Assembly (NCBI GenBank): GCA_040755995.1
Contig: JBFMAF010000037.1
Span: forward strand, 295,782-359,781
Direction: 5' to 3'
Length of the DNA: 64,000 bases
From: Acidobacteriota bacterium
GTDB taxonomy: Bacteria; Acidobacteriota; CAIWXX01
The notes below the pieces were generated by a model that did no database searches, was not told the DNA's origin, and saw only the letters and a program-made list of their open reading frames with translations. A program made the position numbers and the translations under genes. Within the stretch, counting starts at the first letter, position 1, and each line of letters begins with the position of its first letter. Below, piece by piece: positions 52,374 to 61,149 of the stretch.

Positions 52374-53138
52374 ATGCATATGACATTGGCGATCGCACTC
52401 CTGCTTGGGGCGGCCGCGATATCACCGGCGGGGACCTCGTGGGTCGACCTCACGTACGACATGAGCTCGGAGACGCTCTACTGGCCGACCGGCCAGGGAT
52501 TCGATTGGGGGAAGGTCTCATGGGGGAAGAACCCGGAGGGCCTGTGGTATGCAGCTGGGAAGTACTGCACCGTCGAGCACATCGGGACACATGTCGATGC
52601 CCCGATTCATTTTTGCGAGACGGGGATCTCGGTGGAGCAGCTCCCGCTGGAACGCCTCATAGGAAAGGCGGCGGTGATCGACGTCCGGCCTCAATGCAAG
52701 GACAGCATCGACTACCGCCTGACGGTGGAGGACATCAAGGCGGATGAGGCGCGCAACGGCCGGATCGAGCCCGGCAGCGTAGTACTGATGCTCACGGGCT
52801 GGGGTGAGCGGTGGCCGAACTGGGAGCGGTATTACGGAACCCCGACTCCAAAGGACACGGCGACGCTGCACTTCCCGAGCTTCTCGGTGGAGGCGGCGGG
52901 GTTTCTGGTGGAAGAGCGCCAGGCGGTCGCCGTGGGCCTCGACAACGCAAGCATCGACTACGGGCAGAGCAAGACGTTCGAGGTGCACCGGTACGTGAAC
53001 GCAAAGGGCGTCTACGGCATCGAGAATGTAGCGAACCTTGAAAAACTCCCGCCGCGCGGAGCCGAGATCTGGGTGCTGCCGATTCGCATAAAGGGAGGAA
53101 GCGGAGCGCCTGCGCGGATCGTGGCACGGCTACCATAG
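52374..53138 (+). CDS. Cyclase (kynurenine formamidase-like) family metal hydrolase, exported
   Basis: EHIGTHVDAPIHF, GLDNASID, ENVANL, GGSGAPAR; signal peptide; RBS GGAGGTG. Confidence 0.88.
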   Translation: MHMTLAIALLLGAAAISPAGTSWVDLTYDMSSETLYWPTGQGFDWGKVSWGKNPEGLWYAAGKYCTVEHIGTHVDAPIHFCETGISVEQLPLERLIGKAAVIDVRPQCKDSIDYRLTVEDIKADEARNGRIEPGSVVLMLTGWGERWPNWERYYGTPTPKDTATLHFPSFSVEAAGFLVEERQAVAVGLDNASIDYGQSKTFEVHRYVNAKGVYGIENVANLEKLPPRGAEIWVLPIRIKGGSGAPARIVARLP

Positions 53139-53160
53139 AAAGCCTGATGCATTGGCATCC

Positions 53161-53319
53161 GACGCGGGGACGCGGGGACACGGAGACGAGGAGACGGCGC
53201 GAGCCGCTCTGACATAATGCGGTGTCGATCGATGGAGTGTGCCCGGCTCCTGCATCTTGTCCGTATCTGCACGCAAGTCTCACAGCTCGCTGACAACCGC
53301 CAACTGCCAACTGACAACT
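53161..53319. repeat. Short octamer (GACGCGGG-like) and heptamer (CTGACAA/CTGCCAA) tandem repeats
   Basis: gacgcggg gacgcggg gacacgga gacgagga at 53161; ctgacaa ccgccaa ctgccaa ctgacaa at 53290. Confidence 0.7.
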
Positions 53320-53332
53320 TCTTCCGCTTCTG

Positions 53333-54772
53333 ATGCGAAAGCACCTTCCAGCTGTATTGGCGACCTCACTGTTCCTGGCGCTCGGAATCTACCTCATCGC
53401 CATCTCCCGCGGTTTCGTCGAGATGGATGAGGTCACTCACTACCTGCAGGCTCGCTACGCGCCGCGACGCCCTTTCCTGTACGCCTCCGTGTGGGCACGC
53501 CCGCTTTTCACCATTCTGTACACGCTACCGGCTCAGATATCGTTCTCGGCCGCCCGGTGCTTCACGCTGCTCATCGCGGCTCTGGCTGCATGGATCGCGT
53601 ATCGTCTGGCCTGTGCGAAAGGCATAGGCTACGCCTTCACGGCCGTGATCCTTACAGTCTCCCAGCTCCGGTACATCCAGCAGTGCCAGACCGTGATGAC
53701 CGAGCACCTGCTCGCGCTGTTGCTGATCGGTGCACTGTACTTCTGGGAGACGGAGCGCCGGGCGCTCTCGTGCGCGGTGATGTCGCTGACACCTCTGGCG
53801 CGGCCTGAAGGGGTCTTCCTGGGGCCGCTGTGGTTCGTGCTGGTGCTGCTCGATCGCACGTCATCCATCGCCACCCGCGCGCGACGCACGGCGATCCTGC
53901 TCATGGGACCGCTGCTGTGGTTCGTGATCAGCTGGGCGGGCACAGGCAGCCCCACGTGGTTCGTCCCGAACTTCCCGTGGAGCGAGCAGGCGCGATGGGG
54001 CATCGGCGATTTCTTCGACTACACGCTCCGGCTCCCCAAGTTCGCCTCCTGGCCCATTCTGATCCTCGGTCTAGCCGGGATCGCGGTCATTCGCCGCTAC
54101 CACCTGCAGAAAGTCTACCTCATGGTCGGATTCCTCTTCTTGGGCCACTCAGTCCTCAGGTCCGGCGGGTTCTTCGGCTCCGCAGGATACCTACGCTACT
54201 TGATCCCGATCTCCCCGCTCCTGGGCATCGGCGCATCGGCCGGGCTGGCGGCAATTCTGTCTACAGCCTCGCGGCTTCATGTTCCTGTCAGACGGGCGGT
54301 CCTTGCCACACTGTTCGCTGCCGGCATCTTTACGTACGCGATCTCCCTGCGTCTCTACCCGATCCCGTTCCCGCCCGAGCGGGCCGAGGCCCACGAGCTC
54401 CGGCGCATCGGCGAATTCCTCGCCACGCGGATCACCTCCAGCACGGTGGTGTACTGCGCCGATCTCCACTTCTACCTGATCACAGATCGGGATCCGTGGA
54501 ACTTCGGACTCAGCAACACCGAGCTCCTGGCCTACGTCCAGCACGATCAGCTCGTGCTGCGAGAGTTGCTGGCCGGGCTTCCTGTGGGCTCCTACGTCAT
54601 CTACGACGATACCTGGATGCGGGGATTCATGGGCGTGACCGAAGAAGACCTGCGCAGATCGGGCTACACTTCCGTACCGACGGGTGGCCAGGAGCCGGCG
54701 CCGACCGAGCGGGCCGCGATGGGGATGTTCACCCTCCTGGTCAAGACGATCGCCGAAAAAAATGTCCCTTGA
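53333..54772 (+). CDS. Polytopic membrane protein, GT-C (ArnT/PMT-like) glycosyltransferase
   Basis: DE motif after TM1 (MDEVTHY), MTE.L, RPEG, RYLIP, many TM segments. Confidence 0.7.
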   Translation: MRKHLPAVLATSLFLALGIYLIAISRGFVEMDEVTHYLQARYAPRRPFLYASVWARPLFTILYTLPAQISFSAARCFTLLIAALAAWIAYRLACAKGIGYAFTAVILTVSQLRYIQQCQTVMTEHLLALLLIGALYFWETERRALSCAVMSLTPLARPEGVFLGPLWFVLVLLDRTSSIATRARRTAILLMGPLLWFVISWAGTGSPTWFVPNFPWSEQARWGIGDFFDYTLRLPKFASWPILILGLAGIAVIRRYHLQKVYLMVGFLFLGHSVLRSGGFFGSAGYLRYLIPISPLLGIGASAGLAAILSTASRLHVPVRRAVLATLFAAGIFTYAISLRLYPIPFPPERAEAHELRRIGEFLATRITSSTVVYCADLHFYLITDRDPWNFGLSNTELLAYVQHDQLVLRELLAGLPVGSYVIYDDTWMRGFMGVTEEDLRRSGYTSVPTGGQEPAPTERAAMGMFTLLVKTIAEKNVP

Positions 54773-54797
54773 CAGCTCGCCGAAGGCCCAGTATTGT
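54769..54797 (+). promoter_or_regulatory. Sigma70 promoter candidate
   Basis: TTGACA-17bp-TATTGT. Confidence 0.55.
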
Positions 54798-55010
54798 CTG
54801 CCCATAAATTATGATTCGGGGGAGGGTGGCGCGCATCAGGAGCGTAGCCGCGAAGAGTATTCCATCATGCGGCTATCGATCTCGAAACCACCGGCAACGG
54901 AGGTCAGCCCTGTTCTCGGGCGACGATGAGCGCCGGCCGCGGAATAAGCTGAGAAACTACGCCTGCATCGTGCAGGCTCAAACAAGGACCAAATGAGGAG
55001 GAGCGGGAGA

Positions 55011-56072
55011 ATGAGACTTACCAAGCTGCTGATGATTGCGGTAGCTGTGCTGGCTGTTCTCTACACGGAGAACGCCGTGGCTGCCACGCGAACGCCGGAG
55101 GTGGCGTGCAAGATCGAGGCGCTCGACTGGTATGCGCCCACCGAACCGATCACCGTGCGGTTCAGCCTGGAGAACCGCAGCGCAGAGAGCATCTGGGTGT
55201 TACGCTGGCAGATGCCCTCCGACGAGATCGACGCCAACATCTTCGAGATCACGCGCAACGGCGAGGCCGTGCAGTACGTCGGACCGCTGGTGAAACGGGC
55301 GGAGCCCATTGCGGAGGACTACGTCGAGATCCGCGCAGGCCAAGCCTTCGAGGTGGCCTTCGATCCGTCCGCCGTCTACGACATGACGGCCCAGGGCCAG
55401 TACTCGATCCGCTACCGCGTCAGAATGCTGGATGTGCGATCCGAGGCACCAGGCAGCGAGCCGGCGGCGCCTCCGATGCTGCGCGCGAAGGTGATCGAGA
55501 GCAGCCCGATCGGACTGTGGTTCGAGGGGCTCGACCGGCCGGCCGGACCTGTACGCGAGATCGACCAGATCATCGGCGGCTACACGAAATGCACCACGTC
55601 CCAGCAGGCCAGCATGCAGACCGCCCACAACAGCGCAGTCTCCATCTCGAACAAGGCCATTTCACACCTGGCCTCCAACCCGAACGGCAGCAGCCTGTAT
55701 ACCTACTGGTTCGGCACTTACACGAGCTCGCGCTTCAACACAGTCAAGGCCCACTACAATTCGATCTGGGACGCGTTCGTCAACAAGTCGGTTGTCTACG
55801 ACTGCGGCTGCAAGAAGAGATACTACGCATATGTCTACCCGAACCAGCCGTACAAGATTTACGTCTGCAAGGTGTTCTGGACCGCTCCGAATCTCGGACG
55901 CGATTCGCGCGCGGGCACCCTCGTTCATGAGATGAGCCACTTCTACGTCACGGCGTCGACCGACGACTACGTTTACGGCGCCACCGGTGCCCATAACCTC
56001 GCGGTCAGCGACCCGACCAAGGCCATCGACAACGCCGATAACCACGAGTACTTCGCCGAGGATCAGCCGTAG
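55011..56072 (+). CDS. Secreted M35-family (peptidyl-Lys/deuterolysin-like) metalloendopeptidase with pro-domain
   Basis: Signal peptide, Y.G.LVKR pro-domain, GTLVHEMSHF, TDDYVYG, NADNHEYFAE. Confidence 0.9.
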   Translation: MRLTKLLMIAVAVLAVLYTENAVAATRTPEVACKIEALDWYAPTEPITVRFSLENRSAESIWVLRWQMPSDEIDANIFEITRNGEAVQYVGPLVKRAEPIAEDYVEIRAGQAFEVAFDPSAVYDMTAQGQYSIRYRVRMLDVRSEAPGSEPAAPPMLRAKVIESSPIGLWFEGLDRPAGPVREIDQIIGGYTKCTTSQQASMQTAHNSAVSISNKAISHLASNPNGSSLYTYWFGTYTSSRFNTVKAHYNSIWDAFVNKSVVYDCGCKKRYYAYVYPNQPYKIYVCKVFWTAPNLGRDSRAGTLVHEMSHFYVTASTDDYVYGATGAHNLAVSDPTKAIDNADNHEYFAEDQP

Positions 56073-56099
56073 GGCAATTGAGGTATGATCGCTGCGCAG

Positions 56100-56138
56100 A
56101 TCGCGTGCAGGGTATAAGTCCCTGCACGCGATATGTTT
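56100..56138 (+). terminator. Intrinsic terminator-like hairpin
   Basis: 13-bp perfect stem atcgcgtgcaggg/ccctgcacgcgat, followed by atgttt. Confidence 0.65.
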
Positions 56139-56305
56139 CCCGCATCCAGCGGCTATTCAAGTCTCACTCGCCAGCCCCGACCGAGGCGCCCTCTTCCTCG
56201 CGGGTCCCCCTCAAGATTCGCTCACTACCACCAATGCAAACCCGCGGCGGGGGGTCTCGCCGGACCGCACAAAGACGTGTAGAATGACACACTCATGAGG
56301 AGGCG

Positions 56306-57358
56306 ATGTCAATGCGCATGACAGCAGTACTGATCGGGGCTGCCCTGATGCTCTCCGCACATTCGTACGCGGATCAGCAGACTCAGACCGCACCATCGAC
56401 GAGGCCGATCATCTTCTGCGCCGAACCGACTTTCGATTTCGGAAAGATCCTCCGGGGCAAGCCCGTGGAACACACCTTCGTGATCGAGAACAAGGGCGAC
56501 GCTCCTCTGCGCATCCTCTCGGTCCAGCCGAGCTGCAGTTGCACGACGGCCCCCGTCGCCCAGGACTCGATCGAGCCCGGCAAGAGAACCGAAATCAAGG
56601 CTAGGTTCGACAGCGCCCAATTCGAGGGTTTCGTCGAGAAGACGGTCAAGGTGGCCAGTGATGATCCGGAGAACCCTCAGTTCTTCCTGGTCATCACCGG
56701 CACCGTCTACAAGGCCTACGAGGTGGTCCCCGATCAGATCATACTGGAGCGGGTCAACAAGAACATGGACTTCGAGACCCGGGTCGTCTTGCGCGGTGCC
56801 GAGGGGCGCAAGCCCATCGTATCGTCCGTCGCGGTCGACGGCGACTCGGCTTTTGAGGCGCGCTTCATGAAGACGGAGGACGAATACACCATCTTCCTCA
56901 AGCTCAAACCTGGTGCCGAACCTCACGCCGTCGACGGCGAAATCGTTGTGACACTCGATGATCCCGAGCTGCCCACCCTGGGGATTCCATTCCAGGGACA
57001 GATACTGCCCGACGTGACATGCTTTCCACAGAAGCTCGTCTTCGGCGACCTCAAGCCAAAGGACACCTTCCCTCGCAGAGTTCTGATCGTGATCTCGAAC
57101 CCAAAGGTGGCCATCGAATCCGTTTCGATCGAACCGCCGATCTTCGCGACGACACTCAACGAACGCGAGTGGCCGGCCGGGACACGAGCCGGCCCGCGTG
57201 CGGAGCTGCTCACGGGCTCCAACGGGTTCGATGTACAGATCGTCGTGAAGGAAGACGCACCCGCCGGGGAGGTCAAGGGCAACGTCGTCATCAAGACCAC
57301 CAGCAAGGATCAGCCCGTGATCACGGTCCCGATCACGGGAAAGATCGTCACACAATAG
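56306..57358 (+). CDS. Secreted DUF1573 (Ig-like) domain protein
   Basis: FDFGKI......HTF...N.GD.PL.I..V..SCSCT motif; signal peptide; RBS GAGGAGG. Confidence 0.8.
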   Translation: MSMRMTAVLIGAALMLSAHSYADQQTQTAPSTRPIIFCAEPTFDFGKILRGKPVEHTFVIENKGDAPLRILSVQPSCSCTTAPVAQDSIEPGKRTEIKARFDSAQFEGFVEKTVKVASDDPENPQFFLVITGTVYKAYEVVPDQIILERVNKNMDFETRVVLRGAEGRKPIVSSVAVDGDSAFEARFMKTEDEYTIFLKLKPGAEPHAVDGEIVVTLDDPELPTLGIPFQGQILPDVTCFPQKLVFGDLKPKDTFPRRVLIVISNPKVAIESVSIEPPIFATTLNEREWPAGTRAGPRAELLTGSNGFDVQIVVKEDAPAGEVKGNVVIKTTSKDQPVITVPITGKIVTQ

Positions 57359-57397
57359 CGACGGGCTCACAGGCCGTCAGACCGGGAGGGAACGACC

Positions 57398-58318
57398 ATG
57401 GATCAAACAACGCGCCCCAACGATCCCGATGGAAACAAACGCATCCGGATCTTGGCGGCATGGGCCCTGATGCTGCTCGTCTCCGATGTTCCCGACATCC
57501 TGTCGCATCATGCGTGCGGCTCGGTGCCCGTATGGCTATTCTGGATCAAGATGGGACTGATCGCGGTCTTCGCACTGGCTTGCCCGCTGGTGAAGAGCAT
57601 CAGGCCGCTGTGGCAATTCGCCGTCGTGTTCCTGGTGTTCTACGTGGCCATACAGACATCGGCCTGGGTCGGAGACACGTCCTGGTGGCAAGGCCGGTTC
57701 GGCGGGTCCGAGGTGTCGTTCACAAGCGGCTATGTCGGAATCTACATTCGTGATGTGGGGCTGGCACTGGCGGTCATCGCGACCCTGTGGGTGTTGAAGC
57801 GCCGCAGGAGCGAGTTCTTCCTGGTCACAGGCCGGCTGGATGCGCCGATCGAACCGGTGCGATGGCTGGGGATCCGCGCAGGCGAGTCATGGCGAACGTT
57901 CGGCTGGATCATTGCTCTCATCGCCGGCGCGGGCGTCGCAATTCCGATGGCCCTCTCCGCGCGGCCCACTATCGAAACGCTCTCGCGTGCAGCGCCGCTC
58001 CTTCCGGCCGCCTTACTCTTCGCAGCGGTGAACGCATTCACGGAGGAGATCTACTTCCGCGCCTCATTCCTGTCCACGCTGCACGAGCTGGTCGGCAAGC
58101 AACACGCCCTCCTCATCACTTCCGTGTACTTCGGATTGAATCATTGGCTGTACGGATCGCCGCCGGGGTTGGTGGGCTTCCTGATGACCGGTTTCCTCGC
58201 GTGGTTGTTGGCAAAGAGCATGCTCGAGACCAAAGGTCTCCTCTGGCCCTGGTTCATCCACTTCGTGCCCGACGCCGTGATCTTCGCGACCTATGCAATC
58301 CTTTGGGTGCAGCGATGA
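57398..58318 (+). CDS. CPBP/Abi (CAAX protease-like) intramembrane endopeptidase
   Basis: FTEEIYFRA, FGLNHW, IHFVPD motifs. Confidence 0.85.
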   Translation: MDQTTRPNDPDGNKRIRILAAWALMLLVSDVPDILSHHACGSVPVWLFWIKMGLIAVFALACPLVKSIRPLWQFAVVFLVFYVAIQTSAWVGDTSWWQGRFGGSEVSFTSGYVGIYIRDVGLALAVIATLWVLKRRRSEFFLVTGRLDAPIEPVRWLGIRAGESWRTFGWIIALIAGAGVAIPMALSARPTIETLSRAAPLLPAALLFAAVNAFTEEIYFRASFLSTLHELVGKQHALLITSVYFGLNHWLYGSPPGLVGFLMTGFLAWLLAKSMLETKGLLWPWFIHFVPDAVIFATYAILWVQR

Positions 58319-58337
58319 GGGGTGGCGACGGGGTTCG

Positions 58338-59100
58338 TCAGTCGCCCACCCGATCGAACTGGCCGCCTCCATCCGCGGAGAGTACCTGGACGTGGAAGGA
58401 CTCAGCTTTGCCCGTTCCATTGACGTGGAAATAGACGTTGCCGATGTCCTTGTAGAGACCGGGCCAGGAGAGGGCGAATGTGTCGCCCGTGACATGAGCC
58501 ATCGCCATGCCTATCTTCCAGGGGCCCATCACCATGTTCAACCCATTCCCTCGCTTGCTCACTGTCACGACACCGTAGATGGGGTTGCTGTAGCTCCCTG
58601 TATATGCGTCCGCACCCCGCGCGGGACCCGCAACCGCTGGCCGGTCGGACTCAGGCGGGATCGGGATGGAGTCGCTCATCAGCGGGAGCTTTGGAAATGT
58701 CACTGTTTCGCCCTTCTCCTCCAGGTACATCTTGAAGAACTCGAATGCGAGGCTGTCCGGCACGTCGGTACCGCCCAGGTTGCAGAGGATCACTATCCCG
58801 AGATCCTCCTCGGGGAGCATGGCGATCATGGCGTGGCTAATGTTCGTGTCGCCGTTGTGCCAGATGTAAGTCCGGCCGTTGCGGACGACCCTCAGCCATG
58901 CCTGGCAATAGAAAGAAAGCACTCCGTTGCTGGCTGAAACGATCGTACGAGGCTGGTGCAGGAAATCGACGCTGCTTTTCTTCATGATCCGCCTGCCGTC
59001 GATCGTGCCGCCGTTCAGGTTGACGCGGAGCCATTTCGCCATATTCAGCGCCGTCGAATTGATGCCTCCTGCAGGGCCGTAGATATACGGCCGGCCGAGG
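58338..59100 (-). pseudogene. N-terminally truncated serine hydrolase (class C beta-lactamase-like) with DUF3471-like C-terminus
   Basis: GPAGGINST..NMAKWL, WHNG, GIVILCN, Y.GSYSNPIYG; no SxxK region present. Confidence 0.75.
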
Positions 59101-59420
59101 TACGCGCCGCGGCGGTCATTGCGACGTTCAGCCCGAGCGACCCGGCTTACTACTCGGTCGAGCCGAAGGCCCTTGGCTCATTCGACGGCACCTACGACTC
59201 TTCGTGGGCGCCCCTGGTCTATGTGTCACGGAAAGACGGCGACTGGCTCAAGGCGGAGTTGCAGAAGGGTGCCGTCACAGCCACGGTGAAGAACATCATC
59301 CGCGTGACGCGGGCCGACAACGGTGGGCACGGATACAACGTGGTGGCAACGCTCCCCGGCACCGTGCAGGACGGGCAGAAGGTCGTCATGGCCGCGCACC
59401 ATGATGCGCATTTTCGTCCC
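59100..59420 (+). pseudogene. Internal fragment of a PA-domain/M28 peptidase
   Basis: GYNVVATLPG......VVMAAHHDAHF; both ends missing. Confidence 0.7.
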
Positions 59421-59488
59421 GGCAGGTGGGGAAGTGCGGGAGCGATCCCAAGGCCTTATATCAAGAAGTATCGGCACCGAATGTCCTA

Positions 59489-59516
59489 TTGACAAATGGA
59501 TAACTATTGATATCAT
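59489..59516 (+). promoter_or_regulatory. Sigma70 promoter with extended -10, predicting a leaderless mRNA
   Basis: TTGACA-16bp-TATCAT with TG at 59508-59509; ATG starts 7 nt after the -10; no SD. Confidence 0.7.
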
Positions 59517-59522
59517 GGGCGT

Positions 59523-60818
59523 ATGGACGCGGTCGAAATCACCCGAATCCGGCGCGAGAAAGGACTCTCACAAGTCGCTCTTGGGAGGATCCTTGGCGTT
59601 TCGCAGCCGACCATTTCGGGAATCGAGCGTGGGGTGATCGCGCCGTCGGCTCCTGTCCTTGCCCGGCTTCGGCAGTGGTTGGAGCGCGAAGCAACACCTG
59701 CTCCCCGATCCCCCGGCGAGGTTGCTTTCCTTGTCCCGCAGAACGCCCCGGCGACTCTCCCGTTCCTACGGTTCGAGTCGTGGGGGCGGCCCGAGTATTC
59801 CGGGGATTTCGCCGCCTTGTTCTCAGTGGGGAAAAACGCAGCCCTTTTCGTAGTCGTGGATGTCGCTGGGCACGGGACGGACGTGCTTCCCGCGCGGACG
59901 TTTGTCCAGGGATGGCTTCAGGCCTACGTCGGGCGGTTGCGCGGTGTGCCTCGCATCTCCGAGCTGGCCGGCGACTTATCTGCCACATTGCGGGACGGGC
60001 GGATCGATGTGAGCGCGTTCTTTGCCGTCGTGGCAACGGTTCCCGGAACGCCGCACACCGTGAATTACGAGGCGGGAAGCTTCGGGCTGGCCGCACCCCT
60101 GCTACTGTCTGGACCGCCGTTCCGAACGCGTCCGAGCGCCGAGGTCTGCCCCGCTTTGCCGTTGGAACCGGAAGAGGTGCGGGTTACCGTGATTGACGGG
60201 CTCGAGGCGCCGTGGCGTCTGGTGGCAGCAACTGACGGCCTGCTTCAACGGATCGGCGCGGGTAGCGAAAGCGATGGAGTCAAGCAGCTCCGAAGTCGGT
60301 TCTCCCTGGGACCGTCACCTCCGCCATTGGAGGAGCTGCTCTCCACCGAGATACCATGGATCGACGATGAGGTGTGCGCCACCCTCGAATGGGCTGCCTG
60401 GGACTTCGAGGGAAGCGCCGTCACAGCCGATGAGGCCGAGACGAGGAGGATGCTCGGGTTTGTCCGTTTGCGCAGCCGGCCCGCACTCGGTGAGGCGAAG
60501 GCCGAGGAATTCTGTGGGGCGGTGCTCGAAGCGTTCCAGAACGCGGGCCGCCACGCCTACCCGAAGGGGCCGGGGCGGGTTTCGCTTAGATTTCGGGAAG
60601 AGGCGTCGCGATTCCGAGCGGAGATTTCCGACAACGGAGCGGGAATGTCTGATCGCCGCAAGGTCCAGACAAGCGAAGGCGGGTTTGCCGTGATGCGGAC
60701 CTTCTGCAAGGAGGTTTTTGCAGACGAGAACCGTGGCGGCGGCACCGTGGTGACGCTGTTGATCGACAAACCAACGCAGAACGATCAGAAACTACCGGAG
60801 GGAGGACCCCATGGATGA
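59523..60818 (+). CDS. XRE-HTH + SpoIIE/PP2C phosphatase + RsbW-like HATPase kinase fusion
   Basis: HTH RREKGLSQ..LG..LGVSQPTIS.IERG; PP2C SGDF, DVAGHG, TDGL, DD; GHKL boxes EAFQNA.RHAY, DNGAG, GGFAVM, GTVVTL. Confidence 0.85.
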   Translation: MDAVEITRIRREKGLSQVALGRILGVSQPTISGIERGVIAPSAPVLARLRQWLEREATPAPRSPGEVAFLVPQNAPATLPFLRFESWGRPEYSGDFAALFSVGKNAALFVVVDVAGHGTDVLPARTFVQGWLQAYVGRLRGVPRISELAGDLSATLRDGRIDVSAFFAVVATVPGTPHTVNYEAGSFGLAAPLLLSGPPFRTRPSAEVCPALPLEPEEVRVTVIDGLEAPWRLVAATDGLLQRIGAGSESDGVKQLRSRFSLGPSPPPLEELLSTEIPWIDDEVCATLEWAAWDFEGSAVTADEAETRRMLGFVRLRSRPALGEAKAEEFCGAVLEAFQNAGRHAYPKGPGRVSLRFREEASRFRAEISDNGAGMSDRRKVQTSEGGFAVMRTFCKEVFADENRGGGTVVTLLIDKPTQNDQKLPEGGPHG

Positions 60819-61149
60819 CCCATACAGGATCGAGAGATTGGGCAACGAATGCGCAGTGGTGCATTTCGCGCCCGGCGAGCTGACCGCCATCCGATCCCAG
60901 GCTCACCTCGACGAACTGCTTGGCCTGGTGGATTCCCATGGCCGGATTGCGATCGATTTCACCAGGACCACGCTGGTCCCGTCGGACTGGCTGCGGGCGA
61001 TCGAGCGGATGCGCGTGCGCGCAGGCGCGGCGGGCAAGCACCTTGCGATTGCCGGAAAAACGGCGGCGATCCTGAAGACTGCGGACGCTCTGAAGTTGCG
61101 CGAGTCGCTGCGTTGGTGCGACACTATCGAGGAGGCCTTGAGGCCGTGA
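60811..61149 (+). CDS. STAS domain protein (anti-anti-sigma-like)
   Basis: 112 aa; GEL..., IAIDFTRTTLVPSDWL (cf. DLSxVxFxDSSGL), C-terminal TIEEAL; RBS GGAGG; overlaps both neighbours. Confidence 0.75.
   Translation: MDDPYRIERLGNECAVVHFAPGELTAIRSQAHLDELLGLVDSHGRIAIDFTRTTLVPSDWLRAIERMRVRAGAAGKHLAIAGKTAAILKTADALKLRESLRWCDTIEEALRP

Noticed and set aside
60849..61145. N-terminal extension of the LDH-like ORF
   Set aside because: Overlaps the STAS gene in another frame; the Rossmann motif begins at GTG 61146
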